64,000 nt of DNA from an uncultured bacterium (GCA_965371515.1 CBDUYR010000005.1:1-64000); one strand, 5' to 3'. Positions 7,630 through 16,714 are shown, numbered from the stretch's first letter. Numbers and translations: made by a program. The notes: generated by a model not told the origin, from the sequence alone.

Positions 7630-9897
7630 TCAACCGCACTTGGAAAAGCCGCATTCGCGGCAGACCGCACAGCCGCCCTCGTGCTCCATCACGCCGCCGC
7701 AGTCGGGGCAGAAACCGGCGACCTTGTCGAGGTATCCCGCCGACATCCTGGCAACCTTGTGGCCGACCGGCGTCTTCTCCTCGAGGAAGTATCTCTCGAT
7801 CGCCCTGGCAATCGCGTCGCTGCACGAGAGGATCATGCCGCCCTTCTCCCATCCGGGATTGGGGCACCTGATCCCGCGCAGCTGCTTGACGATCTGCTTC
7901 GGATCGATCCCGGCGCGCATCGAGAGGGAGATCAGCCGGCTGATCGCCTCGGACTGCGAGGCGCTGCAGCCTCCGGCCTTCCCCATCTGGGTAAATACCT
8001 CAAAGGGTCCATGCTCGTCCTCGTTGATCGTTACGTAGAGGTTGCCACAACCAGTGGTCATCTTGTGGGTCTTGCCGGTCGTTACCTCGGGACGCGGCCT
8101 CGGCTTGAGTAGCGCGCTGAGGTCGTCGCCAAATTCGATCTTTCCGTCCTCTGCATCGCGGTTTACGGTGCCGATGTTGAGGACCTGATCCTGGCGGCTT
8201 CCGTCACGGTATATCGTCACGCCCTTGCAGCCCATCTCGTACGCCATGATGTAGACCTGTTCAACGTCTTCCTTAGTGGCGGACTTGGGAAAGTTCACCG
8301 TCTTGGATACGGCGTTATCGGTGTATTTCTGGAAGGCAGCCTGGATCCTGATGTGCCATTCGGGCGTGATATCATGCGCGGTGACGAAGATACGCCTCCA
8401 TTTCTCGGGTATCTCCTCTATCCCCTGGACCGTCCCCTCCTCAGCGATCTTCTTCATCAGTTCTTCGCTGTAGAAACCTTCGTTTCGGGCGATCTCCTCG
8501 AAAAACGGATTGCCCTCAACGAGCTCGTCGTTGTCCAGGACGTTCCTTATAAACGCAACGGCGAAGAGCGGTTCGACGCCGCTCGAGCATCCGGCGATGA
8601 TGCTGAGGGTGCCTGTCGGGGCGATCGTCGTGTTGGTCGCGTTGCGACGCTTCGGCGAGTCTTCAGTGTCGAATACGCTCCCCTTGAAGTTGGGAAACGC
8701 TCCTCTTTCCGTGGTCAGTTCGACGCTCGTGGATATCGACTCGCGCTGGATGAATCCCATTATCTCTTCGGCAACTTCGAGGGCCTCCTCGGAGTCGTAT
8801 GGAATCTCCATCCTCACGAGCGCGTCGGCAAACCCCATCACTCCGAGCCCGATCTTGCGATTGGCGAGTGTCTGCTCCTTTATCTGGCTGAGCGGGTAGC
8901 GGTTGACGTCGATCACATCGTCCAGGAATCTCGTCGCCTTTCGCACCGTCTCACCAAGCTTGTCGAAATCGATCTTCGACTTGCCGCCCGACTCCATGAT
9001 CATATGCGCCAGGTTGATCGAACCAAGATTGCACGACTCGTACGGAAGAAGCGGCTGCTCCCCGCAGGGGTTGGTGCTTTCTATCCTGCCGGCGTTCGGA
9101 GTGGGATTTTTCTCGTTGAGCCTGTCGATGAAGACGATCCCCGGCTCGCCGTTTTTCCAGGCGAGCTCTATGATCATCTGGAATACCTTCTTCGCCGATA
9201 TCTTGTCGACGACGTCGCCGCCGTGAGGATTGACCAGCTCGTAGTCGGAGTCCTCCCTGACCGCGTCCATGAACTCCTCGGTGACAGCGACCGAGATGTT
9301 GAAATTATTGAGTCTCCTGTTGTCCTTCTTGGCCGTGATGAAGTCGAGGATGTCGGGATGGTCGACGCGCAGAATCGCCATGTTGGCGCCTCGCCTCGTG
9401 CCTCCCTGTTTGACAGTCTCGGTGGCAGCGTCAAAAACCGTCATGAACGAGATCGGCCCGCTCGAGATACCCTTGGTCGTCTTGACCCTGTCGTTCTTAG
9501 GGCGGATACGCGAAAAGGAGAATCCCGTGCCGCCGCCACTCTTGTGAATAAGCGCCGTGTTCTTGATCGTCTCGAATATGCTCTCCATCGAGTCTTCGAT
9601 GGGAAGGACGAAACAGGCGGAGAGCTGCTGGAGCTCTGCGCCGGCGTTCATCAACGTCGGTGAGTTGGGAAGAAAATCGAGGGTGGCCATCATGTTGTAG
9701 AACGTCTCCTCCCAGGCGAGGCGGTTCTTGTTGTCGCCGTACCGCCGCTCGGCCGAGGCGATGTTCGCCGCGACCCGCTGGAAGAGTTCCTCCGGTGTCT
9801 CGGTCAGATTTCCCTTTACGTCCTTGCGTAGATACCTTCTCTCGAGCACTCTGAGAGAGTTGTTGGATATCCGTGGTTCGAGACGGCCTGAAGACAT
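7630..9897 (-). CDS. nrdJ: Class II (adenosylcobalamin-dependent) ribonucleotide reductase with C-terminal TSCPD-like domain and Zn ribbon; no ATP cone
   Basis: FLPNSPTLMNAG, LSACFVL, GGTRRGANM, TNPCGEQPL..YESCNLGS, TIAPTGT, KGVTIYRDGSR, TGCGNLYV, CPDCG...C..CGFSKC. Confidence 0.95.
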   Translation of the reverse strand: MSSGRLEPRISNNSLRVLERRYLRKDVKGNLTETPEELFQRVAANIASAERRYGDNKNRLAWEETFYNMMATLDFLPNSPTLMNAGAELQQLSACFVLPIEDSMESIFETIKNTALIHKSGGGTGFSFSRIRPKNDRVKTTKGISSGPISFMTVFDAATETVKQGGTRRGANMAILRVDHPDILDFITAKKDNRRLNNFNISVAVTEEFMDAVREDSDYELVNPHGGDVVDKISAKKVFQMIIELAWKNGEPGIVFIDRLNEKNPTPNAGRIESTNPCGEQPLLPYESCNLGSINLAHMIMESGGKSKIDFDKLGETVRKATRFLDDVIDVNRYPLSQIKEQTLANRKIGLGVMGFADALVRMEIPYDSEEALEVAEEIMGFIQRESISTSVELTTERGAFPNFKGSVFDTEDSPKRRNATNTTIAPTGTLSIIAGCSSGVEPLFAVAFIRNVLDNDELVEGNPFFEEIARNEGFYSEELMKKIAEEGTVQGIEEIPEKWRRIFVTAHDITPEWHIRIQAAFQKYTDNAVSKTVNFPKSATKEDVEQVYIMAYEMGCKGVTIYRDGSRQDQVLNIGTVNRDAEDGKIEFGDDLSALLKPRPRPEVTTGKTHKMTTGCGNLYVTINEDEHGPFEVFTQMGKAGGCSASQSEAISRLISLSMRAGIDPKQIVKQLRGIRCPNPGWEKGGMILSCSDAIARAIERYFLEEKTPVGHKVARMSAGYLDKVAGFCPDCGGVMEHEGGCAVCRECGFSKCG

Positions 9898-9961
9898 GAT
9901 AACCCCCGGTGATGTAAGAATTTACCTATGTTGAAGCAATATTTTCCGTGTGCCCCGAATA

Positions 9962-10009
9962 GTGCCATATCTTGGGGCAAGTGCAAATATCGCATACTAC
10001 ATTTAGGGC
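9962..10009. promoter_or_regulatory. Tandem NrdR boxes upstream of nrdJ
   Basis: gtgCCATATCTTGggg (9962-9977) and ataCTACATTTAGggc (9994-10009) fit the acaCwAtATaTwGtgt consensus. They start 32 bp apart and overlap the predicted promoter. Confidence 0.75.
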
Positions 10010-10014
10010 GTCAA
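9986..10014 (-). promoter_or_regulatory. Sigma70-like promoter for nrdJ
   Basis: TTGACG-17 nt-GATATT with a TGn extension. Confidence 0.5.
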
Positions 10015-10193
10015 CAGATTTTTCCCACCTGTCCGCATTATGTGATATTTGCTGATGATTGTCTGTAACTCATATGAATTCATATTGTTATGATAAAGCA
10101 ATTTCGTGACCGAACCGCCGGAAAGGGTTCGCAGGTGTCAAAATAATGTGTTATTATCGCCCCGGGCTGAATCGCAGAGACGAGGTGGCAAAG

Positions 10194-10892
10194 ATGACTT
10201 GTCGGAAGACCTTGGGGAATATGAACAGGATGATATCGGGGCTGAAGACTTGGTTTCTGGGAACGACGGTTGCGGCGGCGATGGTGCTCATCCCGGCGCA
10301 GGTGAATTCCCAGGTATTCGGCCAGTACACAACGGCGGCGATTTCTCATCTCGGCGAGGGAACCGTATTCGCCGCGGCCGGAGACGCGAGGTTCCGAAGC
10401 GGGCTGGCGACGAGATTCCTCATCACCGGCAGGAGCGACCTCGGGCTGCAGTTCGGCTACACCCGCGCCGAGGAAGTCGACAACTACGGCTTCGGCGCCG
10501 ACTACAAGTTCTACATAATCAACGAGGACCCCTCTACCCCGCTCGACCTCTCGGCCGACATATCTCTCGGCTGGCTAGGCGGTTCGGGCTACAGCAGGGG
10601 GATCTTCACAGCGGCCTTCATGATCAGCGGCATGATCGATCCGGAAGCGAGGATCAGGTTCGAGCCGTATGGATCGGTCGGGTTCATCGGGCAATACTTC
10701 TTCGGGAAAGGCAGCTGCGAGGAACGGCGGCCCGGCGCCTGGCCGTGCGACGACGACGACTGGTCGGCAGATTCGAACCTGCTGCTCCGGGGCGGAACGA
10801 AGATCTGGCTCACCGACGACTACCAGCTCTACGTGGAACTCGACTACGACGGGAAGACCATGATCGGCGCCGCGATAAACGTGGTGTTCTAG
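10194..10892 (+). CDS. Hypothetical secreted protein, probable outer-membrane beta-barrel
   Basis: Signal peptide, alternating amphipathic beta-strands and C-terminal Phe (INVVF). Start is uncertain (10146/10194/10221). Confidence 0.6.
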   Translation: MTCRKTLGNMNRMISGLKTWFLGTTVAAAMVLIPAQVNSQVFGQYTTAAISHLGEGTVFAAAGDARFRSGLATRFLITGRSDLGLQFGYTRAEEVDNYGFGADYKFYIINEDPSTPLDLSADISLGWLGGSGYSRGIFTAAFMISGMIDPEARIRFEPYGSVGFIGQYFFGKGSCEERRPGAWPCDDDDWSADSNLLLRGGTKIWLTDDYQLYVELDYDGKTMIGAAINVVF

Positions 10893-10902
10893 ATCCTGAG
10901 AA

Positions 10903-11667
10903 TTACTTGCCCTTGAAGATAACGACGGCGGTGATGTTGTCATCCCCGCCGTATTTGATTGCGGCCTTGATCAGTTTATTACACGCCTTCTTCGGATCGT
11001 TCTGCTCGACGATCGATTCGATCTCATCTTCTGGAACCATCGAGAACAATCCGTCGGAGCAGAGCAGGATCTTGTCGCCATCCTCGAAGGCGATCCCCTC
11101 GTGGATGTCGGGAGCCACCTCTTTCCTCAGTCCGACGGCGCGCGTCAGAACATTGCGGCGTGGGTGCTTGACTGCCTCGTCCCTGTTGATCAGCCCCTTC
11201 TGGACCATCTCGCCGACGAGGCTGTGATCCTCGGTAAGCTGCTCGATCTTTCCTCCACGGATCAGATAGGCGCGCGAGTCACCTGCGTGCGCGATGTTGT
11301 AGTTATCGGGAAAGAGAGCGACCGATGTGCATGTCGTACCGGCTCTCCCCTTCCTTCCGTTGCCGACATGCTTGAATACACGCCTGTTCGCCTCCCTGAA
11401 GGCGACCCCCAGTGTCTCTATCGCGGACTTGCCCTTTTCCGAGTAATAGATGTCGCCCATGACCTCGACGACCATCCTGCTCGCTTCCTCGCCCGAGAAA
11501 TGTCCACCCATTCCGTCGGTGACCACGACGAGGACGCCCCTCGACTCGCGCAGCTCGTCGGTTTCCGGATCGAAGATCCCGTAGTAATCCTCGTTCCTCT
11601 CCCTCACCGAGCCGCGGTCGCTCGCGGCCGAGATGATAAATGGCCAGTTGCTGTACTCGTCGATCAT
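10903..11667 (-). CDS. PP2C-family Ser/Thr protein phosphatase (Stp1/PrpC-like)
   Basis: G.VRERNED, VTDGMGGH..GEEAS, GTT, AHAGDSRAY, LTEDHS, RNVLTRAVG, LLCSDGL, GGDDNIT. Confidence 0.93.
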   Translation of the reverse strand: MIDEYSNWPFIISAASDRGSVRERNEDYYGIFDPETDELRESRGVLVVVTDGMGGHFSGEEASRMVVEVMGDIYYSEKGKSAIETLGVAFREANRRVFKHVGNGRKGRAGTTCTSVALFPDNYNIAHAGDSRAYLIRGGKIEQLTEDHSLVGEMVQKGLINRDEAVKHPRRNVLTRAVGLRKEVAPDIHEGIAFEDGDKILLCSDGLFSMVPEDEIESIVEQNDPKKACNKLIKAAIKYGGDDNITAVVIFKGK

Positions 11668-11724
11668 CTATCCGTCCAGTTCTGATGTCCCTTATGTTTG
11701 AATCTCTTCAGTATCTTTTGTCTT

Positions 11725-12186
11725 TCAAATCGACTGCCAGCTCTCGGGCAGCCTGAGCGTCATCACTTTCGTCGAGGCGATCTCGATACCGGCGAGGTCA
11801 CGCGAATCCCTGACACTGTCCGGTATCCTGTCGGTCGTCGCGGGTCCGAACCCGAATCTCTCGAAATACACTTCAGTGCCCGGGACCGCCAGCACCCAGA
11901 CGCTGTCGCACCGGTCCGAAACGTATGCAAGGACCCTGCTTACCAGCGCGGTCCCGATTCCCTCGCCCCTCTCATCCTCCATTACCGCCACAAAGTGCAG
12001 GAGACATTCCTTTTCGAACTCTCTCGAGCCCGTAATGCCAGCGAGAGATCCGTCAGAATCGAATATTCCGAAGAGATCGCAATCCGCAGAGTACCTGTTC
12101 TTCAGGCGTTCCGATTCGAGAAGTCTGCCTATCTCCATCTCGAGTCTGGGATTCAACTCGGTTATCCTGAAGACCTGGCCGCTCAT
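11725..12186 (-). CDS. GNAT N-acetyltransferase (ArsN2/ArgA-like)
   Basis: VAV...RGEGIGTALV acetyl-CoA motif and YFERFGF...IP.SVR.S. Confidence 0.8.
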   Translation of the reverse strand: MSGQVFRITELNPRLEMEIGRLLESERLKNRYSADCDLFGIFDSDGSLAGITGSREFEKECLLHFVAVMEDERGEGIGTALVSRVLAYVSDRCDSVWVLAVPGTEVYFERFGFGPATTDRIPDSVRDSRDLAGIEIASTKVMTLRLPESWQSI

Positions 12187-12295
12187 CTTCTCCCGCTAAT
12201 CCCCGCATGTTCAGCCACAGCCGCCGCTTGGACCCCACCCCTGCGGGACACCGGCCCCTTGTATCCACGGCCGCCTGATGCTACATTACCGCGAG

Positions 12296-12324
12296 AGATT
12301 AATATCTGATGATGTGAAGGTCAA
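12296..12324 (-). promoter_or_regulatory. Sigma70-like promoter for the GNAT/PP2C genes
   Basis: TTGACC-17 nt-TAATCT. Confidence 0.5.
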
Positions 12325-12357
12325 GCCCTGATATCGGAGTCCGGGAAGGAGAACGAT

Positions 12358-13050
12358 TTGAGCAGCAATACCGAGGTCTTCAGCCGGATCATCGACGGCG
12401 CCGCGGCGGCCATCTTTGATTTCGACAACGTAATCGTCGACTCCGAACCATTCCACTACAGGGCCTATTCCGAGGTGTTCGCCGGGAAGGGCCATACGAT
12501 CGACCGTGAGGAATACTGGGTGGAATGGACTTCGAAGGGCGGCGGCGCCGAGGGCGAAATAAAAAGGTGCGGGCTCGATCTCGATCCTGCCGAAATCCGG
12601 AGCGAGAAGGACCCGATATATTCCTCGTACTGCATAAATGGTGAGATCCCACTCTTTCCCGATGCTGTCAGGATCACACGGCTGTTCGCGAACTCCGGCC
12701 TCAGGACCGCCATCGCGTCCGGATCGTACAGCCATGACGTCAGGGCGCTGCTGAAAGCCCACAATATCGAGCGTCTGTTCGAGACGGTCGTGGGAAAGGA
12801 CGACTCGGGGCGTATCAAGCCTTTCCCCGAGCCCTACCTTCTCGCCGCCGAGAGGCTCGGGCTCGAGCCGGGAAAATGCTTCGCCATCGAGGACGCCGAA
12901 AAGGGCGTCATCAGCGCTCATGCTGCGGGAATGAAGGTGATAGTCGTGGAAACCGCCGTAACTGCGGCCGTCTCGATCGCGGGGGCCGACCTGCACCTGT
13001 CGGGACTCGGCGAGTTGTACGAGGTGATGCTCGATTCGGGAATGAGTTGA
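12358..13050 (+). CDS. HAD-superfamily phosphatase (beta-PGM/CbbY-like)
   Basis: IFDFDNVIVDSE, IASGS, KPFPEPY, IEDAEKGV.SA..AGM. TTG start with GGAG RBS. Confidence 0.9.
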   Translation: MSSNTEVFSRIIDGAAAAIFDFDNVIVDSEPFHYRAYSEVFAGKGHTIDREEYWVEWTSKGGGAEGEIKRCGLDLDPAEIRSEKDPIYSSYCINGEIPLFPDAVRITRLFANSGLRTAIASGSYSHDVRALLKAHNIERLFETVVGKDDSGRIKPFPEPYLLAAERLGLEPGKCFAIEDAEKGVISAHAAGMKVIVVETAVTAAVSIAGADLHLSGLGELYEVMLDSGMS

Positions 13051-13114
13051 TTTCCGGTACTGGTCCGCACCGCTGCCCCGACATTCCAGCCGAGTTCCCG
13101 CGGCGGGCACTTCT

Positions 13115-14101
13115 CTATCTCATCATCTTCTTGATGGCACCCCAGCTCGATTCCTCTGTCGCGATGATTCCGTGCGTAAACGTCGTATCCGTCGCGGCGC
13201 ACTCAACGAACGAATTGTCGATGACCTCACCTGACAGGTCTTTCGTCAGCGAGAATGCCTTGTAATATAGAATGGCACCCTGGGGCGCGGCTGCGTCGTA
13301 GAAGTACAGCGGCATACCGTACGCGCTCGGCATCTCGATGACGAGACGTCCGTCGCCGTAACCGGCAGGATACCCATCGGTACTGGCCCTTATCACCGTC
13401 GTGTTGCCTTCGCCCGCGATCCAGGTGAGCTTAACTGCAACCCCGTATCCAGCCGTAGCTTCGAGCTCTACAACGGGGAGGTTGGGCTCCTCGCAGATCG
13501 GCTTCTGACACGTGTAGAGATACCCGGAACCAACGTAGCCGCCGTGCTGGGGCGAGAACATGTAATGCTCATTATAGCCCCAGTCGGTCGCGAACATCCT
13601 CGCCGTGTCATAGTTCGGTCCGAGGTTTATCCACGTCAATTCCGATCCCTCGGCGGGCTTGATAAGGACGTGTCCGGCGAGTTCCGGACCGCAGAGCGGC
13701 TGGCAGGCCTCGAGCTTGAGGTTGCAGATGTAGATCTCTTCGAGCCTGGACATCGACTCGTCAACGATGCTGACGCAGTTGGCAGGTGTGAATCCGACGA
13801 TACTGTCGTTCGACTCCACGCCGAACTCGAGGTAGGTCACGCCCTCGTGGACGTTGTAGAACCAGATCGGGACCTCGATGATCTCCTCACCGGGCATCCT
13901 GTTCCTGCTGCATATGATGTCGGCGGGGATATCCTCGGCGTTGCCGAAATGGACGGCCAGCCGGACGAGATAGTCGAATTCGAAGAATCCGGGGGCAAGC
14001 ATCAGCGAGCCGAAACACTGGGCGTTCGCCCCTCCGGAAGGAATAATCGTTACAAATGCCAGAATAAGCACTGGCAATAAAAATAGGGGCTTCCTGAACA
14101 T
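13115..14101 (-). CDS. Secreted Cys-containing hypothetical protein with C-terminal 'ATEESSWGAIK' motif
   Basis: Signal peptide from MFRKPL (GGAGGA RBS), an FN3-like segment (VKLTW...VIR....YP....DG) and a terminal SWGAIKKMMR. Confidence 0.7.
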   Translation of the reverse strand: MFRKPLFLLPVLILAFVTIIPSGGANAQCFGSLMLAPGFFEFDYLVRLAVHFGNAEDIPADIICSRNRMPGEEIIEVPIWFYNVHEGVTYLEFGVESNDSIVGFTPANCVSIVDESMSRLEEIYICNLKLEACQPLCGPELAGHVLIKPAEGSELTWINLGPNYDTARMFATDWGYNEHYMFSPQHGGYVGSGYLYTCQKPICEEPNLPVVELEATAGYGVAVKLTWIAGEGNTTVIRASTDGYPAGYGDGRLVIEMPSAYGMPLYFYDAAAPQGAILYYKAFSLTKDLSGEVIDNSFVECAATDTTFTHGIIATEESSWGAIKKMMR

Positions 14102-14185
14102 GACGATATCGTTCCTCCATAGAAGGATGAGATGGATAGCCCCCTCCACGAACCGATATTTAACAACCCACTTTCGACAATTAAA

Positions 14186-14214
14186 ATTATGACATATACC
14201 AACAGGAAAGTCAA
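14186..14214 (-). promoter_or_regulatory. Sigma70-like promoter
   Basis: TTGACT-17 nt-CATAAT with a TG extension, upstream of the 14101 start. Confidence 0.6.
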
Positions 14215-14286
14215 GATTGTACATTAATCAGGACATTAACTTTATGTTCGTAAGGATTTTTAACTTCATCGCGGAGGGTCTGAGGA

Positions 14287-15705
14287 TCAATCCCGTTTCT
14301 TCCCTTTGTTTTTCCCTTTGCTCTTCTCTTTGCTCTTCTCTTTGCTCTTCTCTTCGCTTTTCTTGTTATTCTCTCTTTTATCGTTTTTCTCGTTTTTTCT
14401 CTCGCGGAGGCGCCTCCAGTACTCGAGCCGTTTGATCATCTCCCTCTCGAATCCGCGCTCGACCGGCTCGTAATACCTCCTGCCGGCGATTTCCGCGGGG
14501 AAATACTCCTGGGCGGCGACGGCGTCGGACTCCTCGTGCGGGTAGATATATCCATCCCCGTACCCGAGATCCTTCATAAACCTTGTCGGAGCGTTCCTGA
14601 TCCAGAGAGGGACAGGCAGGGGACCGTGCTCTTCCACATCGGCAGCGGCCGCTTTGTATGCCGTCTCGAGGGCATTGCTTTTCGGCGCCAGCGCTAGGTA
14701 TGTCACGGCCTGGGCCAGGGCGAGCTTTCCCTCGGGCATCCCGATGAACCTGACCGCTTCCATCGCCCCGATCGTCAACTGCAATGCCTGCGGATCGGCG
14801 TTACCGACGTCCTCCGAGGCGAACCGGACCAGGCGGCGGGCGATATAAAGCGGATCCTCTCCCGCCTCGAGCATCCGGGCAAGCCAGTAGAGGCCCGCGT
14901 CGGGGTCTCCCCCCCGCAGGCCTTTATGGAGGGCCGAGATGATGTTGAAATGTTCCTCGCCCTTCTTGTCGTAGCGGATGCTCCTTCTCTGGACCGCTTC
15001 CTCGACAGCTTCGCGCGTCAGTGTCACCGGACCCGCGCCGGGAAAGGAAGCGACGGCCATTTCGAGCGCGTTGAGCGCAATCCTCGCATCGCCGCTGGCC
15101 AGGTGTGCGAGGTAACCGAGGACCTCGCTGTCGGCATCGACGGCCCTTTTCCTGAAGCCTCGTTCGTCGTCATCGAGGGCGGCGCGGAGGATCCCCGCGA
15201 TGTCTGCCTCGCTGAGCGACTCGAGGACGAACACCCTGCATCGTGACAGCAGCGGCGAGATCACCTCGAAGCTGGGATTCTCCGTCGTGGCTCCGATCAG
15301 GATTATCGTACCATTCTCTATGTGGGGGAGAAAGGCGTCCTGCTGGGCCTTGTTGAACCTGTGTATCTCGTCGATGAAGAGGATCGTCCGGCGGCCGTTG
15401 TAGCCGAGCCGCTGGGCCGCCTCGCCTACAATCCTTCTGACATCGGCTATTCCGGCCGTCACGGCGGAGAAGAACACGAAATGCACGTCGACCTTCTCCG
15501 CTATGATATGGGCGAGCGTCGTCTTGCCGCACCCGGGCGGGCCCCAGAAGATCAGCGACGACTCGAGCGTCCCCTGTTCGAGCATACGCCTGAGGATCTT
15601 CCCCTCACCGACCACGTCGCTCTGGCCGAAGAACTCGTCGAGGGTCTTCGGTCTCATGCGCTCCGCGAGCGGAGGCGCAATATCTGTGGAAAACAAGTCG
15701 TCCAT
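14287..15705 (-). CDS. rarA: Replication-associated recombination protein A (RarA/MgsA AAA+ ATPase)
   Basis: PLAERMRP, WGPPGCGKTT, LFIDEIHRFNKAQQDAFLP, GATTENPSF, ASEDVGNADP, PKSN, RNAPT..MKDLGYG. Confidence 0.95.
   Translation of the reverse strand: MDDLFSTDIAPPLAERMRPKTLDEFFGQSDVVGEGKILRRMLEQGTLESSLIFWGPPGCGKTTLAHIIAEKVDVHFVFFSAVTAGIADVRRIVGEAAQRLGYNGRRTILFIDEIHRFNKAQQDAFLPHIENGTIILIGATTENPSFEVISPLLSRCRVFVLESLSEADIAGILRAALDDDERGFRKRAVDADSEVLGYLAHLASGDARIALNALEMAVASFPGAGPVTLTREAVEEAVQRRSIRYDKKGEEHFNIISALHKGLRGGDPDAGLYWLARMLEAGEDPLYIARRLVRFASEDVGNADPQALQLTIGAMEAVRFIGMPEGKLALAQAVTYLALAPKSNALETAYKAAAADVEEHGPLPVPLWIRNAPTRFMKDLGYGDGYIYPHEESDAVAAQEYFPAEIAGRRYYEPVERGFEREMIKRLEYWRRLRERKNEKNDKRENNKKSEEKSKEKSKEKSKGKNKGKKRD
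14317..14352. repeat. 12-bp tandem repeat (TTTGCTCTTCTC x3, with degenerate flanking copies) encoding the Lys/Glu-rich RarA tail
   Basis: Three exact copies read directly from the sequence; they translate as EKSK repeats. Confidence 0.85.
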
Positions 15706-15755
15706 CGGATTACTTCTGGTCAGATTTCTCGATCATGTGCGGTCCGGTTCCCTGA

Positions 15756-16700
15756 TTATGTGTAGTCCGGTTCCTTGTCGAAGAAATGCTCGGTTCGCAG
15801 GAACCTCAGAGTACCGCTCTTGCTGCGCAAAACGAGGCTGTGAGTCACGGCGCCCCCCGGTCGGAAGTTCACACCCTCGAGGAAAGCACTCCTCGATACC
15901 CCGGTCACGGCGAACATGATGTTGTTTCCGCCGGTGAGGTCCTCGATGCCGAATACCCTTTCATAGTCACTGTCCTCGTCGGACTGTCCCGACTCCTCCC
16001 TGACCAGCTGTCCCTGAAAACCCCCACCGAGACAGGCCAGCGCCGCCGCCGTTATGATCCCCTGCCGGGTGTCGCCCGTCCCGAGCGCCACGTCGATCCC
16101 CGTATCGGGCAGCACGGCCGCGAACGCGGCGGCGAGGTCGCCGTCGCGGACGAGTTCGATCCTTGCCCCGGCGCGCCTGACCTCGTCGATGAGGTTGGCG
16201 TGCCTCTCCCTGTCGAGGATGGCCACGGTCAGGTCCTCGACGTAGACGCGTTTCGCCTCGGCGATCCTGACCAGCTGGTCGAAGATCGAGCTGTCCAGAT
16301 CTATACAGTCGGCCGCATCGCTGCCGACTACGATCTTTCTCATGTATCTCGCATTGAAATGCCTGAACGATCCCCTCGGGCCGATGGCTATGGCGGAGAT
16401 GGCGTTCCCCTGCCCGTCGGCCAGCGAGCCCATCCCCTCGAGCGGATCGAGGGCTATATCGACCTCGGGATCCTCGCCCGAGCCGACCACGTCGCCACGG
16501 CGCAGGACGGCATCGGGGATCTCGTCCCTTTCTCCGATGATAACGTTTCCGGTGATCTTGATGCCCTTGATCACGATGGCCATAGCCGCCGCGGCCGCCC
16601 CGTCGGCGGTTATGGGATCGCCCTTCCCCAGCAGCCGGGCGGAAGCCAGCGCCGCCGCCTCGGTCGCTCGGACCAGTTCAAGGGCCAGATTGCGATCCAA
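15756..16700 (-). CDS. glpX: Class II fructose-1,6-bisphosphatase
   Basis: MDRNLALELVRATEAAA, AD.AA..AM, VIIGE, DIALDPLEG, YMRKI, LDRERH..LI, FAVTGV. Confidence 0.88.
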   Translation of the reverse strand: MDRNLALELVRATEAAALASARLLGKGDPITADGAAAAAMAIVIKGIKITGNVIIGERDEIPDAVLRRGDVVGSGEDPEVDIALDPLEGMGSLADGQGNAISAIAIGPRGSFRHFNARYMRKIVVGSDAADCIDLDSSIFDQLVRIAEAKRVYVEDLTVAILDRERHANLIDEVRRAGARIELVRDGDLAAAFAAVLPDTGIDVALGTGDTRQGIITAAALACLGGGFQGQLVREESGQSDEDSDYERVFGIEDLTGGNNIMFAVTGVSRSAFLEGVNFRPGGAVTHSLVLRSKSGTLRFLRTEHFFDKEPDYT

Positions 16701-16714
16701 ATCTCATTCCCTCC

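Noticed and set aside
8353..9663. Long plus-strand ORF (436 aa), and similar ones at 38604-39740, 41765-43093, 49919-51130, 15786-16820 and 27322-28326
   Set aside because: Antisense shadows of well-supported minus-strand genes. They are expected from GC-rich codon bias and show no recognisable motifs.
9898..10190. Possible cobalamin riboswitch upstream of B12-dependent nrdJ
   Set aside because: No B12-box or conserved GGGAA/GCCACTG elements are seen. The leader is short and is explained by the promoter and NrdR boxes.
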